From Chlorokybus atmophyticus (Eukaryota > Plantae > Mesostigma and Chlorokybus algae): a stretch of 64,000 bases of DNA. Below are positions 13,074 through 24,245 of this stretch, piece after piece; position 1 is the stretch's first letter; every line of letters starts with the position of its first letter. Below the pieces are notes generated by a model, which did not search any database, was not told the origin of the DNA, and was given only the letters and a program-made list of their open reading frames with translations. Position numbers and translations under genes: made by a program. The stretch spans positions 864,091 through 928,090 of the forward strand of contig RHPI01001737.1 of NCBI GenBank assembly GCA_009103225.1. Reading direction: 5' to 3'.

Positions 13074-15078
13074 TTAAAAGCGGCGGCAGAAAGGACACTC
13101 AACTTGAGGGTGAGATCCCGTGCGCAGCTTCTTCAAGCACTGACGGCACCGTGTAGCTCCGCAACATGGCATTGGTAACAACACTTCCACTGGCTTCTGC
13201 TCGCAACAGATCCTGCATGTGTTGTCTTCACTGTCTACCACGCGCTCGCCCTTGTAGTCGTGGCGCACATGTTGCTGCATTTGTTCGGTTGTTGCTGCTT
13301 CACGCAGCAACGGGGCAACTGTGCAGAGGTAGGTACAAAGCTTCTCCCAGAGTGTTTGGTATAGTTGCAGTTGCAGCTGCCTTTCAACATCTTTGCGATT
13401 GAGGAGCGATACCTGGTACACCAACCAATGAACACCAAAGTGTTGCATTTGTTGATAATTGTCATAATTATAATTGTTCAGTACCTGTCCGTCAAGGTCG
13501 AGCTCTTTCAACATGTATTTTGCCAAGCTGTCCAACTCCTTTCTGGTGACTTCCAGTTCCTGCTGGAAGCTCTCGAACTGCACGCCATTGGGTTCAACGC
13601 GCTCACAAATCGCCACTTTGCCGTTTGAAGACGCAGGACGCTTGTCAACGCTAAGATCTACAACAGAAAGTCAGTTGCTGAGATATCCAACAAGCAGGAA
13701 CACACACCTTTTTTTATTGTGCAGCAATTGTCTGGTTGGCTTTTCCAATCTGGCATTGCAGATGCGCCAATTTTGCATCAATACGCTCATTGTGTTGCAA
13801 CTGTGTGGTCCTGCGCCAAACTTCTGTCAGCTGCTTGCGTAAACCCACGATGCTTGCTGCGTCTGCGTTTTTGACGCTTTCTGTCATTTGCACGTGCTCA
13901 GCACGCCCTTCGTGTAATGCACGCTCCAGGTCAGCAGAGCGTTCTTCTGCAACAGCATGGCCTGCACGCAGCCCATTGATTTCATTGATCATTTTCAACA
14001 GCTTTGCAGCGATCTGGGGATCAGGCTGTGTCTCATTTTTGCGTAGCTGCTCTGCTTGCTTCAGGTTACGCTCGCGAAGGACTGTGTTTTCGTCAACTAG
14101 TTTAAAATCTGCCAACAATGCCATCAGTGGTGTGTGTCAAAACAATGGCACAAGCTCCCTGACTTTCGTTTTGTAGACGAGCGTTGATTTGTACTTCACG
14201 AGACAGGTGTGGCCACTGAAGGTGTCGATAGCATCACGCATAAGCTCAGGTGTAAATTGGTGAGTTGGCAACCGCGGCATTGCTTCTGCATTCATATAGT
14301 TCACGGATCAGGTGGGAACCTCTGCGACGATGACATTGATCACCTGTTTCAGCGTCAGTGACATGAGACGTGGTGGGAGTATCAGGCGCCATACACAAGG
14401 TCCTACGGCGCTTAGACGGAGGCACACGAGAACATGTTGGGATACATGCACTGAATGAAACTGTTAATGTCACCACGAAGCAGTCACGTACCTGTTGGCA
14501 CCGTCAAGGCACTGGCATTGATGTCTTCGATACGGTTGGGATCGTATACAATTTCAACAGGGTGCAGAACATCATGCAGCGACGGTGGCAGAAGGGTTGT
14601 TTGCTGCAAAGGCCACGTGCCAGCAACAGGCATAAAGGCACCCACAGTAGGATTGAAGTTGTGTCGTGCCACTGCAGCCCGACCCTAAGTGGCAACAAGT
14701 ACATACATGATTACAATCCCACATAAGTCCGTCCAATGTGCCATCATACTGACAGCAACATGCACTCAAGGTAAATTGACAATGACATTGCGCATTGTTA
14801 AACTCTCAAGCTGTGGAACAGTTTGCTATTCAACACATGCACAATAAAGCATGCCACCATGCAGGACTCACAAGATCCAACCAGTACTTCAGGAAGTCGT
14901 CTTGCTGTTGGCGTGTTAATGCATTGAAGGCGTCCTTGTGGATACCGCTAGTAAGGTGAGACATGAAGTTTTGCACTCCCACTCTGGTGCAGCCTTTGTG
15001 TATGCCCGTGAGGTTGCAGCCGTAGATGCAACGGACGAAGTAATTTTCGAAGGTGGCAACACGCCGAGAACCCGCCAT
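13074..15078 (-). pseudogene. Multi-exon C2H2-like Zn finger / coiled-coil / C-terminal RING gene (one gene or two adjacent genes), decayed
   Basis: Exon 15078-14872 reads MAGSRR..RCIYGC..FMSHLTSGIH and ends at a GTGAGT donor. A heptad-rich exon spans 14110-13710. The last exon has CRICC..PCCGATRCRQC..ECPFCRRF*. Premature TGA at 14766 and TAA at 13714. Confidence 0.7.
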
Positions 15079-15282
15079 GGACCTGAGAAAGAAGACGACG
15101 CAATGCACAAACAAAACAACGCGGCCGCTAAGCTCGACAATATTGGCGTCGCTGCTGTCCAAGAGCTTGCATGCGACTTTAATTCCGGGCCGTGGTAGTC
15201 ATCGACCATATCGCCCGGGCGCGTATGATATCCCATCATACGCAGGACACATTACGCACGAACCATAGTTTGACTTGATCTC

Positions 15283-15420
15283 TGTTAACATGTTGCACAG
15301 GGAACTCACAATGTCCAGCGACGCCGCGCCATATGATATCATATGCCGGCATATTGATGACTGTGACACCATATGGTATGATATGGAATGGTATGGTGCG
15401 ATGTCGTATGGCATGTCGTA
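15283..15420 (-). repeat. Right arm of the ~150-bp inverted repeat pair
   Basis: Its reverse complement aligns to 12736-12893. Confidence 0.9.
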
Positions 15421-15542
15421 AGCTCCTTGTTGACAGAGTTCAGCTAAAATGTGACAAATAACCTCAGTTTATATAACGGAACCGAAAATCATTTTTGATT
15501 GACCTCAATTGAAGCGCATTCCACGCGGGATATTAAACATAC

Positions 15543-15906
15543 GCTGTTGAGCATATCGCGACATATGCTGTCGTATGCTAGCACATCATACGATATTTGA
15601 TCAAATGACGCCATATGCTGTGCTGCAATGTCGCGCTACGTCGCGTCCGTCGCTCCTGGTATGCCTGTTGTGGCGGTGAGATGGCGTGTGATCATTCAGT
15701 TCACTCAGTTAACGTTCAGGTCGCATTGCATGATACCATATATGTGATCCATCCATATGCTGTTGAGCATATGGCGCCATATAATCCGGTATACTAGCAC
15801 ATCCAACGATATTCTATCAAGTGACGCCATATGCTGAGCTGCAATGTCGCGCGACGTCCCATCCGTCGCTGCTTGGATGCCGGTTGTAGCGGTGACATGG
15901 CGTGTG
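15543..15906. repeat. Two-copy direct repeat, ~148-bp unit, period ~216 bp
   Basis: GCTGTTGAGCATAT..CTAGCACATC..GATATT..ATCAA.TGACGCCATATGCTG.GCTGCAATGTCGCGC..TCCGTCGCT..ATGGCGTGTG occurs at 15543 and 15759. Confidence 0.85.
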
Positions 15907-16248
15907 GCAGGCTTCAGCCGGCACTGACGGATTGTACTGACAATTCTTGAGTGGTGGCTCACTGGTGATGGCCGCCCGCCTCGCGCCCAATCAGCCGCAC
16001 CGCTAGCTTGTCGTCATCGTAGTACGTCGAATGTCGCCTTATGGCAACGTAGTCAAGCGTCGGCTGCCATTGCTCGTCGACGTAATATAGAGTAGATGGT
16101 CGATCTCCAGGCTAGCCTTGTCGGCGTCGCATGTCGTCGTCGACGAGAGTCGCTCGCCACACCGTTGGGTGGCCAGCTGTTGTGCTTTATCATTTGTAAC
16201 CCTATTCTCGACGGATTACCGGTACACATAGGTCTCAATAAGTACATA

Positions 16249-19200
16249 GGGTCAAGTCCCCTAATTTGGGAACGGCCCCTTATTTGGGGATTAGCCGTTT
16301 TTAGCTGATATCTACCGGCCTGTGGGGTATTTGCGGGCCATATTATAGGTTTAGGCAGGTATGATTGATACACGTCTAACGAGCCTTTAACATTGGCAAA
16401 CGGATCAGCGGGGCGGGAGTTTTGAATTTTCAAAGTTGGTAAATTTTGTGGTTCAAACGGTGTAGTAACACCATGAAGTTTGCAACTTAATAACTCTGGC
16501 ATGTGATATGTAAATTGGATGATTGTTTTTTTGTTGGGTTTGTGTAGTATATAGGACCTTATTTCTCAAGTTTCATGCTATTCCACGCGGAAATGCACTA
16601 GTTACAAAGTTCACACTTTTGGGGTGTAACGCAACGACACAACCCAAAAGTGAAGTTGGTGATTGTTGCCTTTGTGCGTGTTAGAACTGGTTGGGGCTCC
16701 GTGTTTGTGTTTGTATTGCAGTTTGCAATGCCTCAAGCACTCACTAGTTGAGTGTTGGTGGCATTTCCGTTGTTTGGTAGATGTAGGCTAAGGTGTGAGG
16801 GGGTGAGATAGTGTGAGTGAGGTGTGCTGGTGCAGAGGAGACAAGAGCAGTCAGAGAGTTGTACACGCGTTATAGCTGTGTTACAAAGAAGCTGTACACA
16901 CTGCTACAAGTCAGCTAGCCAGCTCAAGTCCTACCCTATGGTACAAAGCAGCACGCAAAGGGTGGGTGTGTTGCATTTGTCAGCAACTTTGTCATCACTG
17001 TGGCACAAGGCCACTCAGACCACCCTGTTGCATCATGTTGTTGATACTGCAACTCTCAGGGTAAACATGTCAAGGCCAAGTCACCTCTGGCCAAGAAGAG
17101 AAAGAGGAGCTACATCAACTACAGCGGCATGCTGGAGGACATCCAGCGTGCTTTAGCCTCCATCAACCAGGGCTGTATGCATGTTGCTGATGCTGTCAAG
17201 GACTTTGGCATCCCGGACACCACCATGCGTCGCTTCGTTGCACAACCACACACCATCCCCGAGTACAAGTGAGTTGAGGCTATAGGTGCTGCTGTGCTGG
17301 TTCAGCAAGTCAAGACAAGTTTGTTAGTGACATGTGTATATAGGTTTGCTGGCGCTCCCACTATCTTTAGTGATGTTGAGGAGACTGACCTAGCAGAGTT
17401 TGTCAAGGCTCGTAATGGGTGGGGTCGTGGCATGACGTGGACAGAGATTTGTATAGAAGCAGGCAAGAGGCTAGTAGGAAATAACAGAGCCAAACTGCTA
17501 AAGGGAGGGGTACCTGAGAAGAGGTGGTTCGCTGGCTTCAAGCGGAGGAAGCGTTTGGTCACCAGGAAGGCAGAGCCCCTCGACAAGTCTAGAAGAGTCT
17601 CCCTCAACAAACCTGTCGTGTGCCACTACTTCCAGCTGCTGGCTGAGACTGTGCAGCAGCTGGGGGTGGGTCCGGATAGGATCATCAGCGCTGATGAAGT
17701 TGGCATCGAACCAGATACGGCCATGCTGAACCAGCACATCATCTGCGAAAGGTAAACAAGTTAGTCATGCATTGGTTACACGCACACGCGCACACACACA
17801 TGCGTTCAAACACAACATTACCAACTTACATGTTTTGCACAGCGGGGCAAAGTGGGCACAAGCTGCAACTACAGGCAGCAGGGAGCACATCACCCTTATG
17901 TGTGCAGTCACCGGAGCTGGTCTCGCTGCCCCTCCCCTTGTCATTGTCAAGGGCCAACGCCTCACAGTGGATGCCAAGGACTTTGACGTAAATGGAGCAA
18001 GATTTGCAGCACAGGACAACGCATGAATGACAACGGAGATTTTCGAGTTGTGGATCAGGGAGTTGGTGAAGTAATATCCCGGAGGAGTTAGCCCTTCCAA
18101 CCCTGCACTGTTAGTGGTGGACGCACATGTGAGCAAATACAATTGCAGCATGATCCGCTATGCACAAGACAAGGGCCTCCACATCCTCGTGCTGCCACCC
18201 CACACAACACATCGTCTTCAAGTGCTTGATGTCAGCTGCTTCCACCCCTTTCAAGGAAGCCTATAGGAGGGAGTATCGCCTGCGCCAGGAGACAAGATAC
18301 AATTTTGACCTTAGTAGGAAGGAGTTCCTGAAGCTGCTGGTGAAGCCTTACTACGCTGGGTTGTCCCCTGCAAACATTATCACGGGCTTCCGGGCATGTG
18401 GACTCTGGCCCCTCAACACACATGCACTGAACAAGTACTTCACAGACAAGCAGCTGGCACCACCACCTCCTGGTCTGTCTGCTCTGTTGGAGAAGATCGA
18501 CAAGGGCGATGAGGAGGATGACAACAATAACAACACAGAGGATTGCAGCCCCAACACTGAAGCGCCAGCTAAACGAAAGCGTGGCATCAAAATTGCACAC
18601 CTGCTGACCAGCGACGAGATAGCAGCAGAGATTGAGAGACAGGACCAAGCCAAGGTTGACAAGGCAGCAGCAGCGCAAGCACGCAAGGGAGCTGCTAAGC
18701 AGAAAAAGGAAGAAGCTGTGCATGCAGCAGTAAAGGCAGAGAGGGTGCAAACAAAGAAGAAACAGGCTGCCTTAAAAAAGATGCTGGCTGAGAGAGAGAA
18801 AGCTGCCAAGACTCAAGCCAAGCAGGACGCAGAGAAGGAGAGACAGTAGGAGCAAGCACAGCAAAGGCAACAAGCACAGCAAGCAGAGCAAGCAGAACAA
18901 CAGCAGCGAGAGAGAACTGCGAAGGAGGCAACCGAGCTGTGGATGCGCTATGAGTGGGATCCCATGCAGTGCAAACAACCAATTGGGAGACCCCCTGTGG
19001 GACTACGCTGAGGGCTTCGCCGAGCGCCATCTCCGCCCAGACCCTGCCCCCCATGCACATGCCAAGGAGGCGGGCCTCCGCTGGAAACAGCGGCCAAGGG
19101 AGCGACACATACACAAGAGACCACCCCGCTAGAGTCCTAAACTTAGACAACTTTGTAGACCTAGTTTGCCTTGATTCACACACCATGTACATACACATGC

Positions 19201-19761
19201 ACGCATGCGAAACCTTTGTGCTCTGCTGTGCGCCTGATGCCACCCATACCCACACCGATGACGCCGCCGCCCGCTTGCTTGCAACCTTGCAACTGACACA
19301 AGGTTTCCCGCCAAGGCGGCGCAGCTTGGCGGGAACAAACCGCCTGCAAGCAATAGCCTGCACATCACACCCATCACAGCCTGCCCCCCAGCCTACTAGC
19401 TGGCTACCGCCACTTCACAATGGCTGCGGCCNTGCCCCCCAGCCTACTAGCTGGCTACCGCCACTTCACAATGGCTGCGGCTAGCAGGTTGATGGCACTC
19501 AGGAATGGCTGACAGCGCCCATCAGCCTTTCTCGAGTCACCAAATTAGGGCACGCGCACCCTTGGGGTCAAACCCTCTGCACCCCCTGCTTTGGCGCGGT
19601 GTATCTGACACGATACCGCGCGAAAAATGTGAAAAAAATATCACTGTGTAGCCTATAATTTCAGCTATCCAGCAACTATACACATGACCGCCATCAACCC
19701 TACCAGTCAAGCACAATATGCTTAACACCTCAAATTATCCCCAAAATAGGGGACTTGACCC
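16249..19761 (+). mobile_element. pogo/Fot1-like (Tc1/mariner superfamily) DNA transposon with TIRs and TA target-site duplication
   Basis: Left end TA|GGGTCAAGTCCCCTAATTTGGG; right end CCCAAAATAGGGGACTTGACCC|TA. A DDE_1 transposase lies inside. Confidence 0.93.
17060..19132 (+). pseudogene. Intron-containing pogo-type transposase with a long K/A/Q/E coiled-coil tail, inactivated
   Basis: HTH-psq (AVKDFGIPDTTMRR), CENP-B-like HTH (RWFAGFKRR) and catalytic ADEVG / LLVVDAH / PPHTTHRLQVLDV. Stops at ~18025, ~18071 and ~18847 and a 1-nt frameshift at ~18250. The start codon was not located. Confidence 0.88.
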
Positions 19762-21214
19762 TAACCCTTATCGCCCCAGAGCGCCGCGGACATTGTCGCT
19801 GGACGCGTGTCGGCATTGAGATTTGAGGTTACGCTCGTCGCCAGTTGACACGTCGTGGTCCGTCGTCGTCATCGACAAGCGCCGACGTCGTCGGCAACTA
19901 GCCTCTCAAATTGGCGACCTTAGTTATGAAATGCTTGCCCCACGATAGCTGCTTGGGCCCCCCGACTGACCTAGGTATTACTTAAAGTCTTACGACAGTG
20001 AGTCAGCGCGCGGTCGGATTGGCCTATGTAATAGTCTTGATCAATCTTAATGGTGGTTCTTCCGGGCCGTTGAAGGTGCATGCCCCTTGGTGCATCTGAC
20101 GAATGCTGGCGAAGCCTGCTGTGTATGTAACAGCGAAAGCATTTGCATTTGATTTGCTACGTTATTCATGCGTCCATGACTATACCGTAATATGAAACCT
20201 TACACACTTGCTGCCATACCGTTACCTTACACAAATTGAATTCTATTACACAAGTGTCATACAAATAAGCTGTCATGACATTTTATACATGTCGTCAAGT
20301 TATGACATTCTAATGCTTTACAAGTGAAAGTCATAACATTCATAATACGTGTATATATATCCGCTAGTATATACATCATACATGATGTGTTTTGAATGAT
20401 ATAATTTTATAACTTAAAGAGAGAGCCAGACATTGCTCACAAGTACAATAGAATATATCTCACATAACGCTTCAGGGCATAAAGGTACGTGTAGGCCGCG
20501 GCACAGCAAGCGGCGGCCTCAATGCAGTCTACTGCGAAGGACTACACTTAGTCTAATTTGGCGGGAACAGGGGGGGGAGAGTCGCCAATGGCGACGGACT
20601 GACCCCCTTGGTGCAACTTGGCGAAAGTGACGGCGAAACACGCATTCTTAATGGTGACGCCGGCGCGCAAAAAGGTGACGCAGCGCGCGCGCTCATTAGC
20701 CGTGGCAGCGCGCTCTCCTCGCTGACATGGCAGTGCCACCCTCCAATCCATATCCAGATCCTCCTTGACGATGACATGGCGCAGACGGTCTGGTTCTGCG
20801 GCAGACGTCAACACTTTCTCTCTTGCACCGGCAGCAACTTATCAGTGTAAGCAGTCTTGCAGCGCGGAGGCGAGAGACAGAGACAGTGTCTGTGAGAGCT
20901 GTTTGATTGCAGGCAGGTAAGCTTCCGCCGCAACTGCATGCTTGTGCGCAATAGAGTTATCCTGTGTCCATCCAACTGTCTGTTGGGCCCTATGGTTCGG
21001 GTGGCAGTGCACTTCTTGCTATCCAACAGCGCATGCCTGGTGTCACATGCTTGGTGAAAGTATCGGCCGTGTTACGCTTCCTTAGTTACAGTTGGTTGTG
21101 GGTTGGGCGGCACTTACTGAGTTTACACCATGGCATGTGTCGAGTCAGTCCCTGAAGGTGTTTTTTTCTCTGGTGACTGCAAGCAGGTGTTTGATTTGAG
21201 AGGAAGCAGGCAAC

Positions 21215-21637
21215 ATGGCGGACAACGAGCAGAAGTACAGCTACGACGAGCAGGGCAAGCCCAACGCCGAAGACCCGATGGAGCGCGTGCGTGCTGGCGG
21301 CCACAAGGGAGGTGTCAGGGGCGGCCAGGTCATTCACGAGATGGCTGCCGAGGTAGGTTCTCTGCATGTGCAGGCGTGAATGCTGACTCTGGCTGCCCCT
21401 GGTCATGCGTGAGTGTTCATGTTGTGAGAAGCCGTGTGCATGCATTTGTTATCCTGAGAGTGTGCTGCACATGTCGCGAGTCTACTTGTGCATAAAGTTG
21501 GCTAAATTTGCTTTCTTGCTGTGCAGCAACGTGGTCAGGACCCCGACTCTGTCGGCAAGTATACCTCACATGGCGAAGCAACAACGTACCAGAAGGAAGA
21601 GCAGGACATTGATCCAACGACGGACAAGTCTGAGTAA
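21215..21637 (+). CDS. Small hydrophilin, KGG/Con-10/LEA5-like (82 aa, 2 exons: 21215-21352, 21527-21637)
   Basis: The spliced ORF reads MADNEQKYSYDEQGKPNAEDPMERVRAGGHKGG..HEMAAE^QRGQDPD..DKSE*. It has an in-frame GT-AG intron, and its paralogue at 27545-27911 has the same intron position. Confidence 0.8.
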
Positions 21638-23069
21638 CTCACTTTGTACATACAGCAACCTTGCGCGTAGACATCACCAACTTCAGCGGCTAGTAGTGTG
21701 GCTTTCTCTTTGATGGAGGCTGTTGTAGAGAGGTGCAGCTTGTAGGAGAGTTCGACTTGTACAGCTCTGCGCTCGATATGTCTTGTAGCGCCAGTGAACA
21801 TGTTCCAGCTTGCAGCTTGACAGTGAGTGATGCATGTTGTATAAACTGTTGTCTGTATACATGCATGCAACATGTAGCAAGAAACATTTCTATGCCGAAT
21901 GTGTACACATGTACAGTCAATTTTGCGCCCAGGTCAAGTGACCTGTGCAATAAATGCATCCTCCTAGTTGGTATCCATCTTGATAACATGCATTTGGACA
22001 TGTAATGAAAGGGAAAAACATTTGCATCAATTAACACGTTAGTGTGATATTATGTATGTGAAAGTATGGTGGGTATAGTGGTGGTATTCGAACCTCAGAG
22101 CAAGCATGTGGCTTAATCTTATTTCACAACGCCCTCTTTCGCTCGTGCGCACATATGTGTGCAAAGATTGAAATGGCAATTCGAGTGTGAAGAAGAAGTT
22201 TGCTAACAGAGAGAGAGAGAAAGAGAGAGAGAGAAAGCTTGGCCAAAGTACCACCACTTCGGCAAGTATACATGTGATTGTAGACACACGAAAATGGTGA
22301 TGAAGTCTATAAACATTGCTGAAACGCTATTACCGCAATGCCAATCCATGCCAATTGGTACTATGGCATTCTGCATTGGCATACAACAATCTTCATGATG
22401 CTGACCACATGGTATGCTTGATTGTTGGATATGTAAAATCAGGTAGTTAATAGTGTGAACAAATTCATACCGTGTGTTGTTGGAGTGCATGGTGCGCGAA
22501 TACATGTAATTTGAAGTGCAAATTCATCAGGTGATGTTGCATGTGCATCTACAGATTTTAGTATCGAGCATCACATTGTAATAATCTCGATACTATGTTG
22601 ACTCATATGCACTGCTCGTAAATTTGCAACATCTAATTTTTAAAATTTGCATTATTCAACTTTACTTCATGTTAACAACAATCAGCACTTGAGCATCCAC
22701 ATCGTGATACAATGTATAACTTGTTAAACAATGCAATGTGTTTATAACATGACGATTGTTTTGTTACCGACTTCAAGGCGAGCTGCGCAAGCAAAGCGTA
22801 TATGTTGCAACAAACTCGTTATGTACCTTTTATAGTAAAACATAAACATATCATCAAATACAAGAGTACTCTTGTGTGTTGCACATCTTGAAGCGTTTGC
22901 CTATGTTGCAACGCAGACTCTTTCTGCATTCATTAACCTGCAAAATGGGCTTCCGGGAGCGGTTTACATGTACATGGCAAGGGGATACATGTGCGTTCTT
23001 CCGTGACGGCGTCATCGCGTCACGAGTGGTCAACACCGTGACCCACAATCCATAACGGGCGGCAGCACT

Positions 23070-23106
23070 CACGTGACACAAATCGCGCACGTGGCGGCAT
23101 GACGTC
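23070..23106. promoter_or_regulatory. G-box/ABRE-like cluster upstream of the PsaD-like gene
   Basis: CACGTG at 23070, CACGTGGC at 23088 and TGACGTC at 23100, about 250 bp before the ATG at 23349. Confidence 0.5.
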
Positions 23107-23348
23107 GCGTCCTATTTCGCAGGCGCGGCTAATTCAAGTCAAACCTCCCATTTTACTGGGGAATGACCACTTCTTCGGGAGTGTCTTGCACACTATATAT
23201 CCACATCGGTTGCCCCGCTTGTGTATATTGTGTTTTCTGCTGTGTGTTGTAGAGCAGACAAGAGCGGGGAGAGAGAAACTTGCTCTACACAGCACTCCGC
23301 TAACAGCAGCAGTAGCAGGAGCAAGCAGGCTTTCTGTTTCTAAGCAAC

Positions 23349-24245
23349 ATGGCTGGCACTGGTGCTTCCTCCTTCTGCGGCCAGGCTCTGGTGCTGCCAC
23401 GCGCTACCAGCACTCCCCGCTCAGTCCACGACCTCACGGTGAGTGATATTGATCGACTGCTCGACGTGTTCTGGTTCTGGATCTTGTGCTCTTGCTGTTG
23501 TTGTTGCGGTCAGAGCAGTAGGTCATAGCAGTGACTGGTGTCCTTCTGCAACCAACAAGCCAACTGTTGCAGGTTCGGGCAGCTGCCACGGCCCCCTCTT
23601 CATCCACTGGCCCTGTGGAGCACCTGGAACACCTGCCAAAGGTAGTTGTGTGTTCGTATGCGTGTGCGCGTGCGTATACATGTTGGGAAACAGATGCTCC
23701 CTTGGATCTGCTGTGCACTGACCTACCTTGCTTCTGTTTGATTCAGGCCACAAGACCAGGCGGCAAGGGGTTCATCGCACGGTCGCGCCTCAACAACAAG
23801 AACGCCAAGCGCAACGAGACTGCCACCCAGTACTTCTTCGCCTGGACCAGCCAGGAAGAGAAGGTGCATCACAGCCCTTATGTGTGCCTGCCTATACAGT
23901 TGTGTACTGGAGTGCGTATGTACACGCTGCACATGTGCGCACGCCTTTCAAGTATTAACTCCTCATTTGCACAGGTGTTCACGATGCCTTCGGGTCGGGC
24001 AGCGATGATGAGCCGCGGGATGAACATGCTGCGCGTGAGCGGGGGCCGCAGCGCCGCCTCTCTCGAGAAGAACCTGCGCGCAAAGGGCACCAGCGACATC
24101 GCACGCTACCACATCAACGACGAGTGAGTGTTCATTGACCCTATTGCTGAGCACTCATCACATGCCAACTGTGCACAGATTGATTGATGTCAATCCTGTG
24201 TTGCTGCTCAGGGGTGTTGCCAAGCTGGACCGCACCTCTCTTTGA
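23349..24245 (+). CDS. Divergent PsaD-like plastid-targeted protein (152 aa; exons 23349-23438, 23573-23641, 23747-23863, 23975-24123, 24212-24245)
   Basis: Four canonical introns join in frame. The N-terminus is Ser/Ala/Arg-rich with a VRA cleavage-like motif. The core YFFAWTSQEEKVFTMPSGRAAMMSRGMNMLR matches PsaD YVITWxxxKEQIFEMPTGGAAIMRxGxNLLK. Confidence 0.8.

Noticed and set aside
5700-16010. Candidate Helitron termini (small hairpins near 5725-5770; CTAG at ~16003)
   Set aside because: No convincing GC-rich hairpin before CTAG and no matching asymmetric TIRs, so the ends are left undefined.
7501-18849. All premature stops in TE genes arise from TGG/CAA/CAG/CGA, taken as evidence of RIP
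   Set aside because: Any transition-derived stop must come from these codons, so the observation is uninformative.
19381-19481. Perfect ~50-bp tandem duplication separated by a single N
   Set aside because: Typical contig-overlap scaffolding artefact.
19759-19770. Telomere-like CCCTAACCCTTA
   Set aside because: Under two units, formed by the TIR end plus the TA target site.
15960-20060. Gypsy RNase H-like peptides (GKHFIT, VYR..NRV) in the flanks of the pogo element
   Set aside because: The matches are too short and interrupted to support.
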